The position numbers and the translations under genes are program-made. From a virus, in the IMG/VR virus record IMGVR_UViG_3300034107_000136, positions 37,710 through 101,709 of that record: 64,000 nucleotides of DNA; one strand, 5' to 3'. The notes under the pieces were generated by a model. The model made no database searches. It worked only from the letters and a program-made list of their open reading frames with translations, and was not told the DNA's origin. Position 1 is the first letter of the stretch. Every line of letters begins with the position of its first letter. Positions 1 to 9,100 of the stretch are shown one piece after another.

Positions 1-173
1 ATGAAGTAAGTGAAGTAAAAGATAGTTTTGGAAAGCGCGTGGACGCTGTGGAAAAGGACACTGCTTTCCGTAAGTCTGCTGATCTTGGCGAGATCTTGCA
101 GGAACAACCAATAGTGGTTAAAAAATCACTGTGGGGCGGCAGTTTCCTCAAAAATGCCGATCTATTTAAATAA
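1..173 (+). CDS. 3' end of capsid maturation protease/scaffold gene (partial)
   Basis: Frame 3 open from window edge (EVSEVKDSFGKRVDAVEKDTAFRKS...LWGGSFLKNADLFK*), directly upstream of major capsid. Confidence 0.6.
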   Translation, partial: EVSEVKDSFGKRVDAVEKDTAFRKSADLGEILQEQPIVVKKSLWGGSFLKNADLFK

Positions 174-203
174 AACAGGAAGAAATTCAGGAGGTGAAAC
201 ACA

Positions 204-1328
204 ATGACACAAGAAATTATTAAGAACCAGCCAAGTGATACAGGAGAATACGGTGATCCAAACCCAGGTCTATACCAAGGTCAAGGAGCATTCGCCGCAG
301 GAGGTATTGGTACTGTGGAAGACCCAAGTGCTGGTGTATTGGGAAACATCCCAAACTCCAACTATGGTGACACAACAGGCCCAAACGCAGTTAATCCAGT
401 AGGAGCACCTGGTGGTCTTTTAAACCCAGAACAAGCACGTCGATTCATCGACTATGTTTGGGATGCAACAGTTCTCGCCCAAGACGGTCGTAGAGTTACA
501 ATGCGTGCAAACACGATTGAACTTGAAAAGGTCAACGTAGGTGAGCGTGTTATCCGTTCAGCAGCACAGGCACTTGGTGAATACACCAATGCTGGAGCAA
601 CATTCACAAAGGTTGAACTTACTACAAAGAAGATTCGTCTTGACTGGGAGGTTTCAACTGAGGCACTTGAAGATAACATCGAAGGTGCAGCACTTGAAGA
701 CCATCTAGTTCGTTTGATGACAAACTCATTCGGTAACGACCTTGAGGATCTTGCCATCAACGGTACTGGAGGGATGGACCCATTCCTTGGTATCATGAAC
801 GGTTTCGTAAATCAGGCAACTGATGGAGATTCACACGAAGCAGTCGTTGATACAACAGGAGGATGGACACCTGAGGTAATGCAGGAGATCATTTATGCTC
901 TCCCACGCAAGTACCGTGCTATCAAGTCAGGACTCAAGTTCTACGCAGGTACAGATGTCTTTGCAAACATTGTAAAGAACAACGGTACACTTGCAGATGC
1001 TATCTCTGAAGCACTTATGCCAAGAGTTAGCGGAACACCAGGACGTCGTGAAGACTACCTTTCAGGTGGTGGACAGACATTTGGTGGCGCTCGTACCACT
1101 CGTGTTCTTGGCATGAATGTTCAGGAAGTTCCTTACTACCCTGCTGGTTATGTCGATTTGACATTCCCACAGAACCGTGTATGGGGTTTCCAGAGAGACA
1201 TCACTGTTAACCGTGAGTACAAGCCAAAGAAGGACACAATTGAATATACAATTTTCGTCCGTTTTGGCCTAACATGGGAAGAACTAGACGCAATTGCATA
1301 CGCAGAAGCAACACCAGTTGTTTCCTAG
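204..1328 (+). CDS. Major capsid protein (HK97 fold)
   Basis: 374 aa; GGLLNPEQARRF, EALEDNIEG...DLEDLAING motifs; strong SD GGAGGTG; position. Confidence 0.92.
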   Translation: MTQEIIKNQPSDTGEYGDPNPGLYQGQGAFAAGGIGTVEDPSAGVLGNIPNSNYGDTTGPNAVNPVGAPGGLLNPEQARRFIDYVWDATVLAQDGRRVTMRANTIELEKVNVGERVIRSAAQALGEYTNAGATFTKVELTTKKIRLDWEVSTEALEDNIEGAALEDHLVRLMTNSFGNDLEDLAINGTGGMDPFLGIMNGFVNQATDGDSHEAVVDTTGGWTPEVMQEIIYALPRKYRAIKSGLKFYAGTDVFANIVKNNGTLADAISEALMPRVSGTPGRREDYLSGGGQTFGGARTTRVLGMNVQEVPYYPAGYVDLTFPQNRVWGFQRDITVNREYKPKKDTIEYTIFVRFGLTWEELDAIAYAEATPVVS

Positions 1329-1341
1329 TATCAAATATGCT

Positions 1342-1380
1342 ATGCTTTGGGGAGGGACTGCGGTCCCTCCCCTTAAGCAT
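1342..1380 (+). terminator. Hairpin after major capsid gene
   Basis: GGGGAGGGAC-TGCG-GTCCCTCCCC with ATGCTT/AAGCAT extension. Confidence 0.7.
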
Positions 1381-1415
1381 ATAATGATATAATTAACATA
1401 AAGGAGAGGTACAGC

Positions 1416-1865
1416 ATGATGAATGAATCAGTAGACTTGGTAGAAGAAGAGTCAGATGTTGAAGAAAATGAAACTGCTGTAGAAGCAGTAGCAAAAGAAA
1501 ACCCAGTAATTCAAAACGTAAAGGTGGGAGAAGTTGTCAACTATGACAACCAAAAGGTTATTACTGGACCAGCAAAGAAGAAGACATCAAGATCTTCAAA
1601 CATACAGAAAGATACTGAAAATGTTCTTGGATCGAAGGCTGCTGACAGAGCACTTGCAAAAATCATCGTAGAAGAAAAAAAAGAACCAAAGAAAGTTTCA
1701 GAAAAGATTGCACTTTGGTCAAACAAGAATATTCGTTGGTCAGATGTTGGAGACTTAAAAAAGGGTTATAATATTGTAACAGAGGGGGCATCCGAAAAGT
1801 GGCTTTCTAGGGATGGTATCCGCAAGGCTACTCCTGAAGAAGTAGCAACTTATTTCGGTAAGTAG
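1416..1865 (+). CDS. Hypothetical protein (head region)
   Basis: 149 aa ORF, SD GGAGAGG, upstream TGATATAAT. Confidence 0.6.
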   Translation: MMNESVDLVEEESDVEENETAVEAVAKENPVIQNVKVGEVVNYDNQKVITGPAKKKTSRSSNIQKDTENVLGSKAADRALAKIIVEEKKEPKKVSEKIALWSNKNIRWSDVGDLKKGYNIVTEGASEKWLSRDGIRKATPEEVATYFGK

Positions 1866-1868
1866 TTT

Positions 1869-2885
1869 ATGGAAATTCCAAGAACGCAACCGTTTCCACT
1901 GACTTTTACTCAGTCTGGATTTGAAGCAGATACAGAATATGTGTTGTGCATTCTTGATGATCACGCGGCAGATCTTGTAGAGATTAGAAGTCCTAGCGAT
2001 TCAGATGGAACTATCTCCATAGATCTACCTAATTATTTTTCTAGGTACGATGATGAATACCGTGGAGAAATTTATTACAATCTTTCAATGACACCAGAAA
2101 CTACAATTTTACGAGGAGATTTAGTATGGGTAGACACAATTACAGTCATGCGTCCATATGTAAATCCATTAACTATTGCTGAAACTCCAGAAGACATAGC
2201 AAATGCAATAATTTATGAAGAAATTGCAAGGGCAATCATTAATTCAATAACTGGTGGATTCATGTATAAAAGAGAGGTGGTTGAAACCGTAGGACTAGGC
2301 AACGACTACCTATCAGTTCCATTTAGACTTAATAAAATAGTTCGGGTATATGAAAACGATGTAATTGTTTATGATACAGAGCCTGCTGATGCAGAAACTT
2401 GGACAAACGTAAAGGAATATTATATTACTCCAGACAAGGCATCTATCAGCGTGGTTGTGCCCGGTACAACTGGATTTAATAGAACACAGTCAAAGCCTGT
2501 AAACATGAGAAGAGGTGCATCAGATTCCTTTACTCTATACAACACTAACGACTCACCAAACTTTGCGTATGATGTGTACGATACTAAAACATTCTCAGAT
2601 TACGGGGGTAACTCTGTAATGTTTCCATCTGGATGGGATTATGTAGTATTGGTTGAAACGGGTTGGCCTATTATTCCACAAGATATAAAGCAGGCGACTA
2701 GCCTTCTCATCAGTGACATTAAATGCAACAATCTCCCTTATGTAAATCAATACATTTCAGAATATAAGAGCGATCAATTTAACATTAAATTTAATGATCT
2801 TGCATTTAAGGATACTGGAAACAGGATTGCTGACAAAATTCTTTCTGCCTACGTTAGGCCAATCTATCGCCTTGGTGTTTTGTGA
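1869..2885 (+). CDS. Head-to-tail adaptor
   Basis: Position; C-terminal GWPIIPQDIKQAT and TGNRIADKIL connector-like motifs. Confidence 0.7.
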   Translation: MEIPRTQPFPLTFTQSGFEADTEYVLCILDDHAADLVEIRSPSDSDGTISIDLPNYFSRYDDEYRGEIYYNLSMTPETTILRGDLVWVDTITVMRPYVNPLTIAETPEDIANAIIYEEIARAIINSITGGFMYKREVVETVGLGNDYLSVPFRLNKIVRVYENDVIVYDTEPADAETWTNVKEYYITPDKASISVVVPGTTGFNRTQSKPVNMRRGASDSFTLYNTNDSPNFAYDVYDTKTFSDYGGNSVMFPSGWDYVVLVETGWPIIPQDIKQATSLLISDIKCNNLPYVNQYISEYKSDQFNIKFNDLAFKDTGNRIADKILSAYVRPIYRLGVL

Positions 2886-3358
2886 TGGCGTTATTTCCAT
2901 GCTACAACCTATTCTTTCCAATGCATTGCGATGTCTACTATTCAGTAGAGACTCAAGATGATTATGGAAAGATGGTAAAAGAATGGTTTTTTGATAGATC
3001 AGAACATTGCTCAATATATTCAATTAGCGATAGATCTAATGATGAAAACTTTACTTTTAATGCCGCCAGCAAAGACATATTCTTTAAATTAGAAACCATG
3101 CTGTATGGAAGAACTCAAACAGATTTAAGAAAATCTTCAAGTGGAGAATACTATCCAATGTCTAATATTTTAATAAAAAATATTCGTGGCTTAGAGGGAG
3201 ATGACTCATTCTTTATTGAGACTGTAGGCGGGTATTCTGGAAAATCAACAATATATGAGATAAAGGCAAATCAACCATACGTTGGACCATTTAATAAAGT
3301 AGACTACTTTAAGATACAATTAGAACGTTCAGATATTCAAGGTGAGTTGATAACATGA
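2882..3358 (+). CDS. Head-to-tail stopper/closure protein
   Basis: Position, size, QDDYG motif. Confidence 0.6.
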   Translation: MMALFPCYNLFFPMHCDVYYSVETQDDYGKMVKEWFFDRSEHCSIYSISDRSNDENFTFNAASKDIFFKLETMLYGRTQTDLRKSSSGEYYPMSNILIKNIRGLEGDDSFFIETVGGYSGKSTIYEIKANQPYVGPFNKVDYFKIQLERSDIQGELIT

Positions 3359-4026
3359 TAGACATTAAGGTTGATGCAATGCAACTAAACAAAACTTTAA
3401 AGAATGTTGTGGATTACTCTGAAGGATTTCTTAAAGGTATAAACATGAAATCAATAGAGTTTAATAATGAGGTTGCTAACTTTACACATGCTGCACTAAA
3501 TAAATATATTGATTCTCAAGCAAGAATGAATCCACTTAGGCTTCACCATGTGTATGAGTGGGGCAAGGCTGGTAATCAAGCATCAAGACTTTTTGAGTTT
3601 GATACAAGAGTCTTAGGAAAAACTATATCATTTACTGGAAAGTTTCTTCCATCAAGATCTGTAAGTGATACGTCAAGTGAACCGTTTGTCAACAAGGCAA
3701 ATATTATGGAAAACGACATTCAAATAGTAATAGAGCCAAAGAATAGCGACGTGTTAGTATTTGAAAACAATGGAGAAACAGTTTTTACCACAAATGCAAT
3801 TTATATAGATCATCCTGGTGGAAATGAAGTTGCTGGAAGTTTTGGAGAAACAGTGAGTAATTTTTTTGACAATTACTTTACCAATGGATTGTTAAAGCCA
3901 TTAATAAATAAACTATCAACAGCAAGTGAGTTTGCTGCATCATTTTCCTCTGGTGCAAAAAGCGGTAGCAATGTGGGCATTCGTGCAGGAAAAGAATATT
4001 TAAATCTTAAGGGGATAGTTGAATGA
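3355..4026 (+). CDS. Neck/tail completion protein (putative)
   Basis: Synteny between stopper and terminator; LHHVYEW motif. Confidence 0.5.
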   Translation: MIDIKVDAMQLNKTLKNVVDYSEGFLKGINMKSIEFNNEVANFTHAALNKYIDSQARMNPLRLHHVYEWGKAGNQASRLFEFDTRVLGKTISFTGKFLPSRSVSDTSSEPFVNKANIMENDIQIVIEPKNSDVLVFENNGETVFTTNAIYIDHPGGNEVAGSFGETVSNFFDNYFTNGLLKPLINKLSTASEFAASFSSGAKSGSNVGIRAGKEYLNLKGIVE

Positions 4027-4526
4027 GCCTAACAGATCTAACCTTGCCAGTGCTTGCAGTAAACGGATATCTATGGGATACCATGAAAGACATTGAGCCA
4101 AGTTTTGCGGCAAGGTATGGATCTACCCTACCATTCTTCCCACTTAGCGATTCAGCAACGGGAGCAAGTTGGGAAAACAAACCTTACATTATCTATGACA
4201 GAATGATGAGAACTACGGGAAGTTCATTTTATCCAATAAAGAAGGATCATATACTTTATGCGGTAAAAGCAACAGACATTGAATCATTGCAGTGGGGACT
4301 TGCAATTGAATACATTCTTGATAGAATGGATGATGCTGCTCAAGATATCAATGAGTGGAATAGACAAAAGAATAATAAATATAAGGTATACTTTCATAGT
4401 TTGAGAGTGTTTCAATCGGAATCCTCTACAAATAGAAACTTCAGTACGAGGCCGTACTATATTACTGAATTCATCGTTCAGTCTGAATATCACTTTACTG
4501 AGTCATTAGAATCATTTTTGACATAA
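4023..4526 (+). CDS. Tail terminator protein (putative)
   Basis: Immediately upstream of major tail gene; size. Confidence 0.5.
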   Translation: MSLTDLTLPVLAVNGYLWDTMKDIEPSFAARYGSTLPFFPLSDSATGASWENKPYIIYDRMMRTTGSSFYPIKKDHILYAVKATDIESLQWGLAIEYILDRMDDAAQDINEWNRQKNNKYKVYFHSLRVFQSESSTNRNFSTRPYYITEFIVQSEYHFTESLESFLT

Positions 4527-4596
4527 AAAAGCAGGTATAATAGTACCGAGGGAACAACCGCAACAAAAAATAAAAGGAAAATAGAGGTGAAGTAAA

Positions 4597-5271
4597 ATGG
4601 CTTATAGTCGTGGTGATTCAAAGCAGATTATCATTGGTGCAGCAGCACTATTTGTATCAAAGACTGCTCAATTTGATCCAACAAATACCAGCCCAGTTCT
4701 ACCAGATTTCGTGGCAGGTACAGCATACCGTGAAACACTTACAACTGCTTCAACAGTAGTTCGTAACGTCGGTTACACAATGAACGGTTTAGAAATTCAA
4801 TTTCAGCCAGATTTTGGTGAGGTTCAAGTAGATCAAATTCTTGACGTTGCAAAGTTGTACAAGCAAGGAATGCAGGTTAACCTTAACACAGCATTTGCAG
4901 AAGCAACTCTTGAGAACCTTCTCGTAGCAATTGCTGCTAGCGATAATGACCTTGCAAAAGATGTCAAGATGGACAACCCACTTGAAATAGGAACAGTTAA
5001 CTTTGCAGATGTCATGGAAATTAAATCAGGCGAACTTGGCGAATGCCCAGTAGAGCGTGGACTTATTGCAATTGGACCTGGAACAGGAGACTGTGCTGCT
5101 GGTTCAACAATCGAAAGAATTTATGTTGCTTACCGTGCCCTCTCAATTGAGAGTGTTACAGTATCCGCAAAGCGTGATGCCCCTTCAATGTTTGAAGTTT
5201 CATTCCGTTTGCTCCCAGCAAACAACGGTTCATACGGAAAGATCGTTGACCGTCTCGTCCCATCTTCATGA
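4597..5271 (+). CDS. Major tail protein
   Basis: VGYTMNGLE, VDQILD, AEATLENL motifs; strong SD; followed by terminator. Confidence 0.85.
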   Translation: MAYSRGDSKQIIIGAAALFVSKTAQFDPTNTSPVLPDFVAGTAYRETLTTASTVVRNVGYTMNGLEIQFQPDFGEVQVDQILDVAKLYKQGMQVNLNTAFAEATLENLLVAIAASDNDLAKDVKMDNPLEIGTVNFADVMEIKSGELGECPVERGLIAIGPGTGDCAAGSTIERIYVAYRALSIESVTVSAKRDAPSMFEVSFRLLPANNGSYGKIVDRLVPSS

Positions 5272-5295
5272 TGTGACTATAATTTAATAGGCATT

Positions 5296-5318
5296 GGCCC
5301 CGCTTCGGCGGGGCTTTT
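5296..5318 (+). terminator. Rho-independent terminator
   Basis: GGCCCCGC-TTCG-GCGGGGCT-TTT. Confidence 0.85.
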
Positions 5319-5367
5319 GTCATGCGTGATATAATTTACACACAAACCTTAGAAAGGGTAAAAATAA

Positions 5368-5709
5368 ATGGCTACTACAGTTTTTGAAAAGACAGATCTT
5401 GTACTTATGGATGGCACAAAAATATCTATGCGTCCATTAAAGATTTCACTCCTTCGTAAGTTCATGAAGAAGTTCGATACCGTTGTTGAGGTTGCCTCAA
5501 GTAACGTTGATTCAATGGATGTACTTATTGATTGTGCATTGATTGCAATGGAGCAGTACGCCCCAGATCTTTCAACAGATCGTGAGAAGTTTGAAGATGT
5601 TGCTGACATTAAGATGGTTTACAAGATCATTGAAGTTGCTTCTGGTATCAAGTTGGACGCAGAGGGAAACGATCAGGCGATGGCGGCGGCACTACTTGGT
5701 CAGAACTAG
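5368..5709 (+). CDS. Tail assembly chaperone (gpG-like)
   Basis: Between tail tube and tape measure; in-phase slippery G-GGA-AAC at 5664-5670. Confidence 0.85.
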   Translation: MATTVFEKTDLVLMDGTKISMRPLKISLLRKFMKKFDTVVEVASSNVDSMDVLIDCALIAMEQYAPDLSTDREKFEDVADIKMVYKIIEVASGIKLDAEGNDQAMAAALLGQN

Positions 5710-6071
5710 ACCTCGCTGTCCTTGAATCAGAAATATTTCTTTTAGGTAATTGGAAGGATTATGAAGAATTAGAAGATAATCTTTCTATGCCAGAATTAAC
5801 GGCAACCCTAACAGCAATAAGAGAAAGAGAAAACAATCACAATAAATTCTTAGCAGCAATTCAAGGAATTGACCTTGATGGAGAATCTCAAGAAACCAAA
5901 GGGCAGAAAGAATGGGAAGACCTTAAAGCAAGGGTATTTAGCGGTGGAACTGCAAAAGATTCAAATGATATAACATCCCTTCAAGGGATAAATGCTTCAC
6001 AGGCTGGTTTTGGTATTGGCGCTGGTCTTTCTTACAACAATGTTGGAGATGGATCGGGTAGTTGGGCATGA
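5670..6071 (+). CDS. Tail assembly chaperone -1 frameshift extension (gpGT-like)
   Basis: -1 frame from 5670 open (RSGDGGGTTWSELDLAVLESEIFLLGNWKDYEELE...) and continuous with ORF 5787-6071. Confidence 0.85.
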   Translation, partial: RSGDGGGTTWSELDLAVLESEIFLLGNWKDYEELEDNLSMPELTATLTAIRERENNHNKFLAAIQGIDLDGESQETKGQKEWEDLKARVFSGGTAKDSNDITSLQGINASQAGFGIGAGLSYNNVGDGSGSWA

Positions 6072-6106
6072 GGAAAAATGATATAATCTATTAAGGTGAA
6101 AACATA

Positions 6107-9100
6107 ATGGCAGATGTAAATGCAATCATTAATATAGACATTAACTCGTCTTCTGCATTGGTAAATCTTAAAAGACTTGAATCGCAGATAGATCAGTTTA
6201 ATCGGTCTGTATCAACAAGCAATGCAACGGCTGCTGCATCACAACAAAGTTTAAATAGAGCACTTCTTGATGGCATAAATAACACTGGATTATTTACTTC
6301 AAAGATTATTCCAGTTGAATCATCAATGAAAAGATTTTCAAGATCTTTAGATGAGGGTCGTTTATCTCTTGGAGAGTATACAAGATACGCTGGATCTCAA
6401 TTACCTGGATTAAGCAAGGTGTTTAGAAAAGAATTTGACTCCATTGAACAAGTTGCCACATCTAGAGTTAAATCAATGCAGACTCAATATCTTGCCCTTG
6501 GTAAAACGGTAGATGGAGTTACAAGAGCAATCTCTTCAACTCCAACTGGATTAGCAAAAGGTATGGCTACAGACTTAGCCATGACTCAACAACGACAACA
6601 AATATTCAATAAATTACTTGATGATGGTTCTACTAAGTTGTTGAACTGGGGTAAAAATACTCAATGGGCTGGTCGTCAGTTGATGGTTGGCTTTAGCCTT
6701 CCCCTTGCTGCATTTGGCGCTGCCGCTGCCAAAACATTCATGGAAATTGACAAAGCAACTATTTCACTTAAAAGAGTTTATGGAGACTTAAGCACAACAA
6801 AAGAAGAGTTAGATTCAAATGTTGAGGCAGTAAAAGGTCTTGGAAAAGAATATACTAAATACGGTATAACACTAGCAGAAACAATATCCTTGTCTGGACG
6901 TGCGGCAGCCACTGGTGCAACAAATGAAAAACTTATGGCTGCAACTGAACAGACACTAAGATTTGCAACACTTGGTCAAATGGACTACAATCAAGCACTT
7001 GATACAACAATTTCTCTTCAAACTGCATTTGCAATTTCCAATGAAGATCTTGGGAAAACTGTAGATTACCTTAACGCTGTAGAAAACCAAACAATTCTTA
7101 CAATGGAAGACATGTCTGTTGCTATTCCAAGAGTTGCCACGGTAGTCAAGGGACTTGGGGGTAGTGTACAAGATTTAGCAGTAATGATGACAGCAATGCG
7201 TGAAGGTGGAGTAAGCGCAGAGAATGCTGCAAACGGTTTGAAGTCAGGTCTTGCATCTTTGATTAATCCAACAAAGAGGGCATCTGAAAGTTTGGCTGAT
7301 ATGGGTGTCAATCTCAAAGGCATCATTAATCAAAATAAGGGTGACCTTATGGGTATCGTTACTGAATTTGGAACGGCAATAAATAAACTAGATGAATTTA
7401 GTCGTCAACAGGTTCTTGAGCAGGTATTCGGTAAATTTCAGTATGCAAGAATGAGCGCATTATTTACTAATATTACAAAAGATGCTGGACAAGCAGCAAG
7501 AGCAATGGATCTTGCTGGAATGTCAGCAGAAGATCTTGCAAAGATTTCTGAAAAAGAACTTGGACAGATATCAGAATCAACATCTGTAAAGTTTCAAGCA
7601 TCAATGGAAAAACTTAAAATTTCCATCGCACCTATTGGAGAGGCATTCTTAAAAGGAATCACTCCAGTAGTCGATATGGTTTCAAAAATTGCTGATGCAT
7701 TTAATAATCTTCCAGATGGGGTAAAAAATGCAATAGCAGTTCTTACGGGCGTGGTTGCAGGAATAGGCCCAGTACTCCTTATGACCATTGGTTTGTTAGG
7801 TAACGGTATAGCAAACATAACAAAATTTGTTCAATTTATTAGAAAAAGTTTGGCTGGCATCAAGGGTGATGCATCAGCATTCACTTATTTAGCACAAGGA
7901 GAACTTGAAGCAGTAACAGCAAGCAAGGCGCTTGAAGGTAGTGCTGTTAATCTTACAGATAAATTACTTCTTCAAAGGGGAGCAGTAGTTGGTCTTACAG
8001 CAGAATACGAAAGATTTGCTCGTGCCGCAGGAATTGCTAGAGCAGAAATGGGACTAGTAAGTGGAGCGCCCATGCCCAGTGGTGGAGGTAGGCAAGCAAT
8101 ACCAGTACCAAGAATACGCAAAAATACAGGTGGAACAATTCCAGGTGTTGGAAGCACAGACACAGTTCCTGCAATGCTTACGCCTGGTGAATTTGTAATT
8201 AACAAAAAAGCAACTGCTCAAAACCTTCCACTGCTTCATGCAATAAATGATGGAAAAGGAATGGGAGGATTTAATAAGGGTGGGCAGATTCCTGGGGTAC
8301 AGTATTTTGCAATGGCAGGAAAAGTTCTTCCAAAACCCAAAAATGTAACTGTTCCTAAAGGTACGCAATCACCACAAATGACACATACAACACCAAAACC
8401 TATTTTATCAACAATTGGCACAGCAATGCCACAAAGAATTCTTGGTTCAGCAAGAGGAAGAGTTGCTCAGAGATTGGCTAATGCTGGAATTCCAGTTGAG
8501 TTATTAACTGATGCATGGATAAGAAGTCCATTTAATCAAAAACTTAAATCTAAAGTGCAAGGCTCAACAATAACTGATTGGGTAGAAGATTTAAAAGATA
8601 GTCAACTTGGTCCAGCGTACAGAAGAGCAGAAATAAGAGCGAGTGATTTAAGAGAAGAACTAAGAGGTAGTTTTCTTTCTGAAAACACTTATACTCAAGA
8701 GGATTTTGGAAATATAATAGAAGATGCTGCTAAAAGAATAAAACCAAGTTTTAGTCCAGCAATAGATTCTGCATATTTACCAAAACCAGAAGTTTTAAGA
8801 GAATATTCAGAGCAACTTGAGAGTGCTGGATTTTATTTACAAAAAAATGAAGCCAACGGTAAGAATTACATTGTAGATAGCACAGAAGTAGAAAAAAGAC
8901 AAATGGCTTCTTCCTCATACCCTTTAACAAGAAATAAAGGTGGTTTAATTCCTGGTGGAGAAGTAACACAAAGTAGACCATTCTATGGAGTGTTCAATGC
9001 AAAAACAATTGATATGTTTAAGAATTGGATAGGAACTCATTCTGAAGCAATTCCTGCACTTAGACAAACGATATTAAAAGATCCTAAAATGAAGTCAATG

